Of a DNA stretch of 58,558 nucleotides, positions 20,083 through 29,745 are shown one piece after another (position 1 is the first letter of the stretch; every line of letters begins with the position of its first letter). Source of the stretch: a virus (Duplodnaviria > Caudoviricetes); the IMG/VR virus record IMGVR_UViG_3300010403_000180, positions 1-58,558 of that record; one strand, given 5' to 3'. Both the position numbers and the translations under genes were made by a program. Under the pieces are notes generated by a model, which worked only from the letters and a program-made list of their open reading frames with translations, did no database searches and had not been told where the DNA came from.

Positions 20083-20633
20083 TTTGTTGCTTCAACGATT
20101 AGTTTGTGAATATGTTCTTTAAGCGTAATGTTTTTGAAACCTGCCTTAGTAAGATAATCTATCATAGACTCATGGGTAAAATGATTCCTATGTACGTCAA
20201 ACTCGTGCTTTTGGGCTCCCGTGAACGTGTATATCCATCGCCTAGGGTTAATTTTGGCCTTACCTTGGCACTTCGGGCAGGCGGGGTTAGCTTTGAAGCC
20301 TTCCACGCTGTCGGCCTTGTGGGGCACGCATTCACAGATTTCCTTATTCGCATAATAAACCATGGCCTTGCCTGCATCAGGTACCTGTATTTTAAGCTTA
20401 CCGCCGTAGTTTAAAATCCTATACCATTCAGCTAGTACCTTCTCGGTGTCCCTAAAAGAAATGTGTTCCAAGAATTCTATGGAAGTAATCTCCTCCGCTT
20501 CGTTGGCTTTGGCAAACGGATATGGCACATCCGTGAGGTCGTGTACCAGCTCCACGTTGCCGATTTCGTTTTGGCTATCAATGTTAAGATAGCCATTCAT
20601 TGATTTTTTACCGCATCCTAGGTTTAGTTTCAT
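20079..20633 (-). CDS. SAM-dependent methyltransferase
   Basis: MKLNLGCG, FLEH, RILNYGG..VPD. Confidence 0.85.
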   Translation of the reverse strand: MKLNLGCGKKSMNGYLNIDSQNEIGNVELVHDLTDVPYPFAKANEAEEITSIEFLEHISFRDTEKVLAEWYRILNYGGKLKIQVPDAGKAMVYYANKEICECVPHKADSVEGFKANPACPKCQGKAKINPRRWIYTFTGAQKHEFDVHRNHFTHESMIDYLTKAGFKNITLKEHIHKLIVEATK

Positions 20634-20634
20634 G

Positions 20635-20811
20635 TTAGTTGATGTGTTCGGTTATGATGAATAATTTTAACGCTGCGACCCACAAGAAGTTAGGCAACCA
20701 CTTGGGTTTGGGTTTAATCAGGCCAGTGTATTTCTCGGCAATCTTTTCAACCTTTGCCTGGTAGGTCTTTCGCATGAATTTTCTTAGCTTTTTGTCTTGT
20801 CTTGAACTCAT
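20635..20811 (-). CDS. Small basic hypothetical protein (not in ORF track)
   Basis: 58 aa MSSRQDKKLRK...KPKPKWLPNFLW; exactly fills the gap between neighbours. Confidence 0.5.
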   Translation of the reverse strand: MSSRQDKKLRKFMRKTYQAKVEKIAEKYTGLIKPKPKWLPNFLWVAALKLFIITEHIN

Positions 20812-20813
20812 GA

Positions 20814-21338
20814 TTAAGTAATTTCGGTATATTTAATATTGTTTGCTTTTATGAATTCCTTGATTTCTTTTTCTTGCTGTGCGTACTTTGGGTCAGTCAT
20901 TTTACGGCTGTGCCATTCAACTTCTAAAAATTCAACCCGTTCCATCATTCCGTCCTTAATCATTTTTATCAGCACTGGGTACTCGGCTCCCTCAATGTCC
21001 ATGCGTAGGTAAATTCGGTGCTTCTTGATGTACTTAATGTAGTCTGCAAAGTCAAAGCAATCTACCGTATAAATCCTCCCGTTTTTAAACCGTATCTTTT
21101 CTTTCATCACCGATGACTTTACGTCATCCGACCTTTCCGAAAACTCTATCTCACCGTTAAAATCCAATGCCGCACGCTTCATAAATAGTGTCCCATATTC
21201 TAGCCGTATCGCATCCCATTCCTTGGGATATTTTTCTCCTAGTGGGTCAATGCCGATAGACTTAATACTCCTATCGTGGTTCTTGTAAAAGTCTATAATG
21301 GTCTTTCCGTTGTTGCACCCAAGGTCAATGTAAATCAT
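20814..21338 (-). CDS. FkbM-family methyltransferase
   Basis: IDLGCNNG, LRMDIEGAEY, VEWH. Confidence 0.85.
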   Translation of the reverse strand: MIYIDLGCNNGKTIIDFYKNHDRSIKSIGIDPLGEKYPKEWDAIRLEYGTLFMKRAALDFNGEIEFSERSDDVKSSVMKEKIRFKNGRIYTVDCFDFADYIKYIKKHRIYLRMDIEGAEYPVLIKMIKDGMMERVEFLEVEWHSRKMTDPKYAQQEKEIKEFIKANNIKYTEIT

Positions 21339-22063
21339 TTGAATTCCCAGCCCGACAGAACCAGCATCTTAAACGCTCTGGCCTTGATGTGCTTGTATTT
21401 GTAATTTGAGCCGACTTTATCGTCTATCAATTTGCACTTTGGGGCGACTGACCGTAGCGTCATTCCTTGCTTGCGGGCTAGGTAGCTTAGGAAGATATCT
21501 TCACATTGATTTTGGTCGTAAAATATTTCATTTTCAATCACTATTTTCTGGTCAAAGAATTTTCGGCTTCCTACCATCCCGCCCGTGCCGATGTAATCCA
21601 CCTCCATCCCTGCGGGGCAAAGCGAGAATGTGTCTTTGTGATAATCGGTCTCGCCTTTCTTCCAGCGTTTGCTATACCAGCCCAGTAAACAGTTCTCACC
21701 GTATTGCTTGTACATTTTCAGGTTGTATTCCAGGAAGTCTGGCTCTAGGCTCATGTCGTCATCTATTGAAATAATGGGGTCTCCATGGGTCAGGGGTATT
21801 AACTTCCATCGGTCGCCCCCGCTGATGTTCTTAGGGCTTCGCACAATCCTTACCTTCTCTCTGGGGAAATGACCAAGGTCTAAAACGACATCGCTGTTAT
21901 TCCAAACGTTTAACATAAAATCCTGCTCGGTTTGTTTCTTCAAATCACTAAGGATTTGCTTGAACCGATGTGGCCTCTGGTAAATTGGCAGGATTATGCT
22001 AATCATTTTTTGTAAAAATAGTAATAAAGCTTCTTGTGGCAGTCCCAGCGGTAGCCAATCCAC
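21335..22063 (-). CDS. GT2 glycosyltransferase (start probably MISIILP near 22007)
   Basis: ISIILPIYQR, IDDD, CEDIFLS. Confidence 0.8.
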   Translation of the reverse strand: MDWLPLGLPQEALLLFLQKMISIILPIYQRPHRFKQILSDLKKQTEQDFMLNVWNNSDVVLDLGHFPREKVRIVRSPKNISGGDRWKLIPLTHGDPIISIDDDMSLEPDFLEYNLKMYKQYGENCLLGWYSKRWKKGETDYHKDTFSLCPAGMEVDYIGTGGMVGSRKFFDQKIVIENEIFYDQNQCEDIFLSYLARKQGMTLRSVAPKCKLIDDKVGSNYKYKHIKARAFKMLVLSGWEFK

Positions 22064-22635
22064 CTAACCATTTCTTCCACTTGCCATTTTTCCATCATCT
22101 CGTTGTGAACCTCCATGGAAATCTGGTTGATTCGGTATAGGGTAGACTGTAATGCTTTGGTGATAATGTTGTACTCGGAACCCTCGCAATCCAACTTCAT
22201 AAAATCAACCTCCATTAAGTGATTCAGTTCAATAATGTCGTCCAGCTTTACGGTTTTTACATCTTGGAATCTTTTCTTGCCCTTCAAAAATAGGCTGTGG
22301 CAACCGCTATCCTCCTCGCTTAAATACAGCATCCGTTCACCCCTTTCAGAATCAACAGCAACATTAAAGCACTTAATCCTTTTCTCAAAGTGATTAAGCT
22401 TTACGTTCTCAACGAGCAGTTCAAAGTTCTCTTTGTTCGGCTCGTAAGCATATACTACCGCCCCCCTCTCGGCACACTTAATGGCCGTGCCGCCAATGTG
22501 GGCACCAATATCAATAGCCACTTTCATGGCTTTGGGTATGCGGTACGCATCCTGCTCAACCTCATTGCGAAGGATTTCTTCGTCTCGCTTGTTTCTTACC
22601 TTGAATTTTAGATGCCCGATTTCTATTATTTCCAT
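22003..22635 (-). CDS. FkbM-family methyltransferase
   Basis: IDIGAHIG, YEP, MKLDCEGSEY, MEVH. Confidence 0.9.
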   Translation of the reverse strand: MEIIEIGHLKFKVRNKRDEEILRNEVEQDAYRIPKAMKVAIDIGAHIGGTAIKCAERGAVVYAYEPNKENFELLVENVKLNHFEKRIKCFNVAVDSERGERMLYLSEEDSGCHSLFLKGKKRFQDVKTVKLDDIIELNHLMEVDFMKLDCEGSEYNIITKALQSTLYRINQISMEVHNEMMEKWQVEEMVRWIGYRWDCHKKLYYYFYKK

Positions 22636-22639
22636 GGTT

Positions 22640-22828
22640 TTAATTTGTTAATACTGTTCCTTTTAAATTAGCTTGCTCAAACTTTTTCTTCATTATGATA
22701 ACTTCAAGCAGTTGCTCCTTTGTCCATTCCTTGTGCGGGCATCCGATTTCGTGTTGGTCTCGGCGGTGGATACAATTCCACACAACAATTTGCCCTGCCA
22801 TTTTTTCTCTCATTTCTTCTATTGTCAT
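22640..22828 (-). CDS. Hypothetical protein
   Basis: 62-aa ORF coupled to neighbours. Confidence 0.5.
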   Translation of the reverse strand: MTIEEMREKMAGQIVVWNCIHRRDQHEIGCPHKEWTKEQLLEVIIMKKKFEQANLKGTVLTN

Positions 22829-23409
22829 TTCTTTTTTGCTGTTACTAAATAACCAGTCTCATTGTGGTGCTTGTAATTGTTCATCGGCCGCATCCGTTCT
22901 CGCTTGAAAAAGTCCATCAATAGGTTTCCCTCTTTGGTGTCTCTGATGACAATGTCTTTAATCTCAAACCCAGCTTCGTGCATAAGCTTCTGAACGCCCC
23001 ATTTTGTGTATCGTAGATAGTCTTCGTTAATTGGCCCGTGGATTGGAGTGATAAAGTGAAAGCTCATGTACAGCGTGCCGTCTCTCTCCATCAGCTCGGC
23101 TATATTCTTCAATGCCTGGACTGGGTTCCAAAGATATTCTGAAACCTCTAAACAAAAGACCGTCTCAAACTTTTTCCAATGCTCTGCCAGCACCAAACCC
23201 TGTGGCACATTCAGGTCTGCAATAATGTCTGGGTACTTAATGCAAGAATGTGGCTGTTGCATGTCAAGGATTTTTATTTCCTTCACGTTCCAGCTCTTTA
23301 CCCTGTTAGCTTCCATGGGCAACTGGCTTCCGCCCACGTCTAAAACAATCCCAGCCACGTCTATGGTTTTAAGCCAGCTATTTAATTGTTCTCGTTGTAT
23401 GCTACTCAT
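22825..23409 (-). CDS. SAM-dependent methyltransferase
   Basis: VLDVGGS, CLEVSEY, H..DYLRYT. Confidence 0.82.
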   Translation of the reverse strand: MSSIQREQLNSWLKTIDVAGIVLDVGGSQLPMEANRVKSWNVKEIKILDMQQPHSCIKYPDIIADLNVPQGLVLAEHWKKFETVFCLEVSEYLWNPVQALKNIAELMERDGTLYMSFHFITPIHGPINEDYLRYTKWGVQKLMHEAGFEIKDIVIRDTKEGNLLMDFFKRERMRPMNNYKHHNETGYLVTAKKK

Positions 23410-23620
23410 CTGATTCTGGTTTACTTGATTTGCCGTTTTTCCAATCTATGTAAGCTTGCCCAGTTAGATTAACCCATTCAGGTAACTTGTTAAAAAAGAT
23501 TCCCTTAATAGCCAACGCTATCAATGACCCCGCAATAAATCCAATAAGAATTATGAACATCCAGCTATAAATATCCATAGGAACATTTTTCGTTAATGAT
23601 TCCGAAGGCGTTATAGCCAA
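23402..23620 (-). CDS. Small membrane protein
   Basis: Single hydrophobic segment; true start probably downstream of 23620. Confidence 0.45.
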   Translation of the reverse strand: MAITPSESLTKNVPMDIYSWMFIILIGFIAGSLIALAIKGIFFNKLPEWVNLTGQAYIDWKNGKSSKPESDE

Positions 23621-24503
23621 ACATGTCTGGCTTAATCGTTCTCACCTTTTCTCTGATGTGAACCGAATGATAATCCAGCGGTACAATGCTTTGCCTCCTT
23701 TCAAAATTTGCTCTAGTTTCTCCTTTCCATAGGTCATAGACATATTCCCTATCGCCACGAACTCGTTCAGGTGTGGCTATGGGCTTGCGAACCGTAACCT
23801 TGCCATATTCAAGGTGAGCCTGTTTCGTAAGTGCGTAGTAGTTCCTGTAACGTAGTTCTTTGAGCTGTTCCTCATTCATAAAGCTGAAATCGTAAGCATG
23901 AATTTCGCCAACTATCGCATCCATATCTACATTGGCAATCTTGTGTCCGAAATTGGTGCCGTTCTCGGTGAACTTATGAATGATGGGTATATTACCCCAA
24001 CCCCACTGCTCCATGTCTAAACCCCACTTAATTTTAAATCCCCTGCTCTCGCAGTTCCTTTTGAACACGAGAAATGGGCTATCCTTCTTTGTAAAATGCC
24101 TGTCTAAAATAACGTAATGAATCTTGTTTGCCTGCAACGCCAGCTTCCCTCGGCTCTGCATTAACTCACAATAGTCTTTGAACTTTTTCTGCGGGTCTGC
24201 CTTGTAAATCCAATCAATATCAAACTTGAATACCACGTCGCCCGTGCATTCCTCATAGCCTCGGTTAAAGTTATGGCTCATGCGTGAGTATGTCCAGTCT
24301 TCTTCCCACTTGGTGTCTTCGTCGCAGATAATTCTAACCTTCGGGTCGCCAATGCTTCTAATTGCTTCTAATGTGCCATCGGTGCTACCACCGTCAATTA
24401 CTACGAGTTCATCCACAATCGCAAGAAAGCTCCTAATGCTTTCAATCACGGGATAATTAAACTTTAAGGCGTTGGTTGTGGCACAGAAGGCTGATATTTT
24501 CAT
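23565..24503 (-). CDS. GT2 glycosyltransferase
   Basis: DELVVIDGGSTDGT, CTGDVVFKFDID. Confidence 0.87.
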   Translation of the reverse strand: MKISAFCATTNALKFNYPVIESIRSFLAIVDELVVIDGGSTDGTLEAIRSIGDPKVRIICDEDTKWEEDWTYSRMSHNFNRGYEECTGDVVFKFDIDWIYKADPQKKFKDYCELMQSRGKLALQANKIHYVILDRHFTKKDSPFLVFKRNCESRGFKIKWGLDMEQWGWGNIPIIHKFTENGTNFGHKIANVDMDAIVGEIHAYDFSFMNEEQLKELRYRNYYALTKQAHLEYGKVTVRKPIATPERVRGDREYVYDLWKGETRANFERRQSIVPLDYHSVHIREKVRTIKPDMFGYNAFGIINEKCSYGYL

Positions 24504-25108
24504 TTGATTGTTTTTAGTAAAACGTAGAACTGCGGGAACATGTTCTTTAAGTTAGGCAGTTGCTTTTCCCACACCTTTACCAGCTTAAATTTATCACTCG
24601 GAAATAGTTCTGATAAATCCTTTGGGTCAAAACTGTACATATCTGCTGGGCTAGTATGACCAGATGACGATAACTGCAAGTATAAAAACTTCTGGTTCTT
24701 CAGTATCTTGTGCCACTCCATGATAGTGGTTTTCACATCAAACGCATGGTCAAGCGAATTGGAATACACCATATCAAACTTGTTTACCCACTCATCTGGC
24801 ATCTTGTTAAAGTCCATGCAATATAGGTTTGGTTCTGTCAATGCCTTAATCTTTTCGTTTATTTCCACGCCCCACATTTCTGACTTCTTGAACTTATCAA
24901 CCTTTTTAAAGCCGAAATATTCGTTGCCATTGCGTACACCCATGCAGATTATCTTGCCAAGTTCGCCTGTTATTTCTCCGACCTCTTTTGTTACCTTCTC
25001 AAAATCAGCCCAGTTCCTATCAAAACTCATCTCTCCCCACTTGTGGTCAGACCTGCTGATTTGCTGTGCAGTATATTTTTCGTAGTCGTTGTTCTCGTGC
25101 CGTTTCAT
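24500..25108 (-). CDS. SAM-dependent methyltransferase
   Basis: ICMGVRNG, FDMVYSNSLDH, WHKILK. Confidence 0.75.
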   Translation of the reverse strand: MKRHENNDYEKYTAQQISRSDHKWGEMSFDRNWADFEKVTKEVGEITGELGKIICMGVRNGNEYFGFKKVDKFKKSEMWGVEINEKIKALTEPNLYCMDFNKMPDEWVNKFDMVYSNSLDHAFDVKTTIMEWHKILKNQKFLYLQLSSSGHTSPADMYSFDPKDLSELFPSDKFKLVKVWEKQLPNLKNMFPQFYVLLKTIK

Positions 25109-25947
25109 AGTTTCTTAAATTCTTTAAGATAATTTTCAGCCATAATTTCAACAGAAATCACTCCCGCCTCAACTTGTTCAGGTATTCCACCACCATCTCT
25201 AGTATCATAGATAATCTTTAATCCGCAGGCCATAGCTTCGGCTACGGTGTTGGAACATGCTTCAAATGAAAATGGGCAAAGCAAGAAGTCCGCTGACCTC
25301 ATCAGCTCTGCTATCTCGTGAGGGTTCTCTAAAAATCCGATATGGGTATATGCCTTTTCTGCCCCTCCGAAAAAGTCAAAAGCGTACTTGTCATTGTCTG
25401 TTGAAAACTTACCTGCTATCCACAAGTGGATTTTTGGGTTCTCAAAGAACCATTTTTGGAAGTGATACCATGCCGTCTCCCACCTCTTAATCTCGTCCCT
25501 GCTGCTTCTAATATATAAATACTGCACTTCCCCCTGTTGTGGCACCTTCGCCCCTTCTGGCTTAAATATGGAGGTATCAACACCGTTTAGGATTACTTCT
25601 CCGTCCTTCTTAATGAATGGTTGCAAGAATTCTTTTGCCCACTTTGATTGATAGATAATCAAGTCTGCCATTTGAGCGTAGTCATATAGTCTTGTTACCC
25701 CTGTGTTCCTGTTGCGTGCGTTGCGTGGGGCATTGTCCACCCGAAGCACAATCTTTTTACCAAGTTGCTTTGCCATCTTCACTTCTTCTTTCTCTGCAAG
25801 GGTTGGTCCCGTAATAAAGTAAATATCGCAGTCTTCCAGTTTACCCACAAACTGAACCTGCCCAGCCAGTGCCTTCATGATGTTACGGGTGAATGTCCAT
25901 CCACCACCAACCCCCTTCCTTGCTTTTTCGGGTATAAATATCTTCAT
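25105..25947 (-). CDS. GT4 glycosyltransferase
   Basis: ILNGVDTSIF, EACSNTVAEAMACGL. Confidence 0.88.
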   Translation of the reverse strand: MKIFIPEKARKGVGGGWTFTRNIMKALAGQVQFVGKLEDCDIYFITGPTLAEKEEVKMAKQLGKKIVLRVDNAPRNARNRNTGVTRLYDYAQMADLIIYQSKWAKEFLQPFIKKDGEVILNGVDTSIFKPEGAKVPQQGEVQYLYIRSSRDEIKRWETAWYHFQKWFFENPKIHLWIAGKFSTDNDKYAFDFFGGAEKAYTHIGFLENPHEIAELMRSADFLLCPFSFEACSNTVAEAMACGLKIIYDTRDGGGIPEQVEAGVISVEIMAENYLKEFKKL

Positions 25948-26693
25948 AACTTTTCAAGAATATAATTAGGGTCTCTAACGTAGTTAATCTTTTTCATTCC
26001 TTCATCCATGTACCATAGGAAATCTTCAAAGAACTCCCACTGGTTGTACTTCTCAATTTCCCAACTATGTCCCCAAATTTCAAAACGTCCTCCTTCGGCT
26101 AAAACTTTATCAAAGAGTTCTTTTGCTACTTCATGCCAGGTTCTCTTTTTGTAAATCTGGTGTTCAGCGTGGACATGAATGCTTGGGTTAGTCTCGTATG
26201 GGTCGCTGGCAAACTGGATATTTAATCCCCTAACAGTTCTACCCATTTCAAACCCACTCTCTCGGACAATGTCCTTGGTTTCAATGCTGAACCTTCCTCT
26301 TGGGTAACAGAATTTGGTTACGGGTTTTCCCGTCATTCTTTGCAATTCAACTTTACTATCGGCTATCTCCCTTGTTGCTTCGGCTCGGTCTAATAGCTGA
26401 ATCTCCCGTGGGTGCGTGAGTGTGTGAGCACCAATTTCAAATAATGGGTCTTTGGATATTTCTCTAACTTGGTCGTCAGTAATTTCCTTAACTTTGGTAG
26501 GAATATAAAATATAGCAGGAATGTTGTACTTCCTAAGCAATGCAACTAATTGCATATCTTGTTTCCTGCCATCGTCCCATGAGCTGATGATTTGTATTTT
26601 TTTTGTTTCCATATCTAGTTTGATGCTAAGGTCAAGAAACTTATTTACCCTGCTTATCAATAGTTTCATAAATGACCATAGGGTTAGAAGCAA
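25944..26693 (-). CDS. Polysaccharide deacetylase (NodB/CE4-like)
   Basis: SWDDG, GAHTLTHP, FCYPRG, WGHSWE. Confidence 0.88.
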   Translation of the reverse strand: MLLTLWSFMKLLISRVNKFLDLSIKLDMETKKIQIISSWDDGRKQDMQLVALLRKYNIPAIFYIPTKVKEITDDQVREISKDPLFEIGAHTLTHPREIQLLDRAEATREIADSKVELQRMTGKPVTKFCYPRGRFSIETKDIVRESGFEMGRTVRGLNIQFASDPYETNPSIHVHAEHQIYKKRTWHEVAKELFDKVLAEGGRFEIWGHSWEIEKYNQWEFFEDFLWYMDEGMKKINYVRDPNYILEKL

Positions 26694-27063
26694 TTATTTT
26701 TTGAATATATGCGGTGAACTTTTCGTTGACCTCTAAGACAAATTCCAGCTTTTCCAATCGTTCTCTGATGGCTTTCTTCACTTCTTCCAGTCCCTTCCGT
26801 TTGTCTTCAAGCTCGTTCATCTGTGCCTCCCAAATCAATACCTTAGCCTTGTCGGTTTTATCGCCCTTAGCCTTTTCATCCTGTACAAACCGCTTGATGT
26901 TTTGAATCTCATCCTTCGTCTTGGCGATTGCATCATCGCCGCCATGCTCTGCGAAACTAACTAGGGCGTAGTGGTAATCAAGATTGGCACGAACCTCCTG
27001 TTTCTCTCGTTCTTCCACAACTCCTTCTAAGATTTTTACCGTTGTTTTTTTATCTATTTTCAT
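26641..27063 (-). CDS. Hypothetical coiled-coil protein
   Basis: 140-aa charged helical ORF within operon. Confidence 0.6.
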   Translation of the reverse strand: MKIDKKTTVKILEGVVEEREKQEVRANLDYHYALVSFAEHGGDDAIAKTKDEIQNIKRFVQDEKAKGDKTDKAKVLIWEAQMNELEDKRKGLEEVKKAIRERLEKLEFVLEVNEKFTAYIQKIIASNPMVIYETIDKQGK

Positions 27064-27067
27064 GGTC

Positions 27068-27967
27068 TTATATTATTTTTAATAATTCTTCTTTAAAATT
27101 ACGCTTTGGTTGCCAGCCAGTTGCCTGCTTGATTTTATCTACATTCGCCATATTCATTTGGGGGTCAACCTCTGGCTTCTTCACTTCTTCAACTTTGAGG
27201 TCGGGGTATTTGCTTCTAAAAATACTAATCAATTCATTCAGTGTTACAAGCTCGCTTCCGCCTAGGTTGAATATCTGAAAGTCCTTGTCGGGCATCGGGT
27301 AGTGTATGAGTGATTCAATTCCTTCGCACAAGTCATGCACGTTGGTATAGCCTCTTGCTGAACTGCCATCGCCAAACTTGGTGAATGGTTTGCCAGCTTC
27401 AAGGGCTTGCTTCATCTTGGCGACTACCATATCCTGCCTGCCGTTTTCGCCATACACTGTGAATGGTCGGAAAACAACCACGGGAATTCTATCACCAAAG
27501 TATTGGCAAACCATTTCAGTTCCCTTCTTGCTTACTGCGTATGGTGAGAGCTGGTGATTGCATGGCAAAGTTTCTTTCAAGCCCATGCCTCCGTTTCCGT
27601 ACACTGATGATGATGAGGCAACCAATACCCTAGCCTTGTATTTCTCGGCGAATAGTAAGACCCAATAGGTTCCCGTAACGTTTGTCTCAAAATATTTGTC
27701 GGGTGCCATTAAGGAATTACGCACGCCAGCGAGTGCCGCTAAGTGGATAACCACTTCTGGTTTGGTTTCCTCAAATATCGCTCTAACATTCTCAACCTTG
27801 CGAATATCGTCTTGCTGACCACGTTTAATATCCATACCGAAAACCTCGTGTCCTAATGAAACAAGGTATTTGCAAAGATGCGTCCCAATAAACCCGTTGT
27901 CGCCCGTTACAAGTATTCGCATGTTATATGAATTTTTTATACCCCTGCTTGTCCAACAACTCGTCAT
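27068..27967 (-). CDS. NAD-dependent nucleotide-sugar epimerase (UDP-glucuronate 4-epimerase-like)
   Basis: TGDNGFIG, HLAALAGVRNS, ASSSSVYG, YAVSK, FTVYG..GRQDM. Confidence 0.88.
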   Translation of the reverse strand: MTSCWTSRGIKNSYNMRILVTGDNGFIGTHLCKYLVSLGHEVFGMDIKRGQQDDIRKVENVRAIFEETKPEVVIHLAALAGVRNSLMAPDKYFETNVTGTYWVLLFAEKYKARVLVASSSSVYGNGGMGLKETLPCNHQLSPYAVSKKGTEMVCQYFGDRIPVVVFRPFTVYGENGRQDMVVAKMKQALEAGKPFTKFGDGSSARGYTNVHDLCEGIESLIHYPMPDKDFQIFNLGGSELVTLNELISIFRSKYPDLKVEEVKKPEVDPQMNMANVDKIKQATGWQPKRNFKEELLKII

Positions 27968-28739
27968 TGAATTTGTCGGTGGCTGCTAGCACGGGCATTT
28001 CAACTCCGTTAGCTTTTGCAAAATCTAGGATTGCCTTTGCATCTTTCGGTAAACACTTTCCCCAATAGCCTCTCTTGCCTTTGTGCATGATGGTCAAATG
28101 TGTCCTACCTACCCTTTTGTCGGCTGCTAAACCATCAACAACTCCGTCCCATTGTTCCTCGGTAAAGCCAATCTTCTTGCATAGGTCATAGATTTCGTTG
28201 TTCTTGGCAACCTTCACGGAGAACCAAGTGTTCTTGGCGTACTTAATCATCTCGGCAACAATGGCTGGGACAATCCTTTCATGCGGGGCAAGCGGTAACT
28301 GTTGCATCACGTCCTTGGCAACGTTTAAGCTCTTTTCGGTGTAGCCCAATACTTGGCTGTCTGGGTGGTTCATGTCTTGGTCGCTGGTTTCCTCGGTTAA
28401 GAACTCTGGGTTAAACAGTATCTTATGCTGTGGGAATTTAGCTTGCAGTTTGTCAGTGGTGCCTGGGGTAATCGTTGATTTTAAGATGATGGTCTTCTCT
28501 CCTGTGATATGGGTCAATGCTTCCTCAACAATGCTGGTGTTGCATCCTACGCCCATCACATACGGGGTTGGCAGGGCAACGTAAATAAAGTCTGCCGCAT
28601 TCACGTCCTCAATTTTTCCTACTCCTTTTAAGTCAAAACAGAAAAGTTCATAGTGAGGCTTGTTCTCAAAGTACCTTCGCAATGCACCGCCCACCATGCC
28701 ATGACTTCCAATGATTCCCACTTTGTATTTTTTATCCAT
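27924..28739 (-). CDS. UDP-glucose/GDP-mannose dehydrogenase family protein (short form)
   Basis: GSHGMVG, LPTP, KSTITPGTT, NPEFL, AEMIKY..N, GYWGKCLPKD. Confidence 0.88.
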   Translation of the reverse strand: MDKKYKVGIIGSHGMVGGALRRYFENKPHYELFCFDLKGVGKIEDVNAADFIYVALPTPYVMGVGCNTSIVEEALTHITGEKTIILKSTITPGTTDKLQAKFPQHKILFNPEFLTEETSDQDMNHPDSQVLGYTEKSLNVAKDVMQQLPLAPHERIVPAIVAEMIKYAKNTWFSVKVAKNNEIYDLCKKIGFTEEQWDGVVDGLAADKRVGRTHLTIMHKGKRGYWGKCLPKDAKAILDFAKANGVEMPVLAATDKFNDELLDKQGYKKFI

Positions 28740-28743
28740 ATTT

Positions 28744-29745
28744 TTATATGAGTTTTTTAGTCCACGTTTGTGGAGTTTTCTCGTTAATAATTTCTATTGG
28801 TAAATGATATTTGAAACTCTTGGTTCCTCGGCCTTTAATGTAAAGCACCATCTCACGCAACCCGTCTTCCATCTTCCATTTTGGTTTATAGGCAAACAAA
28901 GCCCGTGCCTTATCAGCCGAGCAGTTTGCTTCCTTCACTTCTTGGGGTCGTCCTGTAATATATATTGGCTTTAAATCAAAGTTTAGGATATTGGCAATTA
29001 CCCGTGCCAACTCATTGATGGTTACGAATTCTTTATCGGGTCCAATGTTAATGACCTCGCCCACAACGTCTGGGTGGGTTGCCATCTGATAGAGCGGGTC
29101 AATGCAGTCCTGCACAAAGCTGAAACATCGCTTCTGTTCTCCGTCTCCGTAAATGATTGGCTGTTCGCCTTTGAGCATCTTGTTGATAAAGATACTGGCT
29201 ACATTTCGGAATGGGTCATCATACTTCTGGCGTGGACCAATGATGTTGTGTGGTACGGCAATCACATACTCCATGCCGTGAACTTCTGATAAGTTCCTAA
29301 GCATCAGCTCTGCCGCATACTTGGCAATGCCGTAGGGGTCTTGCGGGTTAGGCACCATGTCTTCTCTGAATGGCGTTTCGTTCGTTCCATAGCGAGCCAT
29401 AGATGAACAAAGCACAAACCTCTTTACTTTGTTTTGAATGGCCGCTGATATTACACTGGCACTCGCCAATGAGATATTAGCGGTAATGAGGTGTGGACTG
29501 AACACGCTTAATCCTTCATAGGCGGTTGCGGCACAATGGTAAACCACATCCACGTCCTTCATGCAGTTGACCATGCTGTTTAAGTATTTGCAGTCAAGGA
29601 AATGAAAATCAACCTTGTCTGAAACATTGTCTTGGTAGCCACCTATTAAATTATCGCACCCAGCAACTTCGTGCCCTTCTGCTAGGAACTTGTCGGCAAG
29701 ATGACTCCCCAAGAAACCTGCCACCCCTGTAATAAACACTTTCAT
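28744..29745 (-). CDS. NAD-dependent nucleotide-sugar epimerase/dehydratase
   Basis: TGVAGFLGSH, YGIAK, GDGEQKRCFSFV. Confidence 0.92.
   Translation of the reverse strand: MKVFITGVAGFLGSHLADKFLAEGHEVAGCDNLIGGYQDNVSDKVDFHFLDCKYLNSMVNCMKDVDVVYHCAATAYEGLSVFSPHLITANISLASASVISAAIQNKVKRFVLCSSMARYGTNETPFREDMVPNPQDPYGIAKYAAELMLRNLSEVHGMEYVIAVPHNIIGPRQKYDDPFRNVASIFINKMLKGEQPIIYGDGEQKRCFSFVQDCIDPLYQMATHPDVVGEVINIGPDKEFVTINELARVIANILNFDLKPIYITGRPQEVKEANCSADKARALFAYKPKWKMEDGLREMVLYIKGRGTKSFKYHLPIEIINEKTPQTWTKKLI

Noticed and set aside
22825-23409. Self-target for the tract decoding to ..V[DE][IM]GG..
   Set aside because: This MTase reads AGIVLDVGGSQL, which does not fit the decoded pattern; no self-match seen by eye for any tract (a computational search is still needed).
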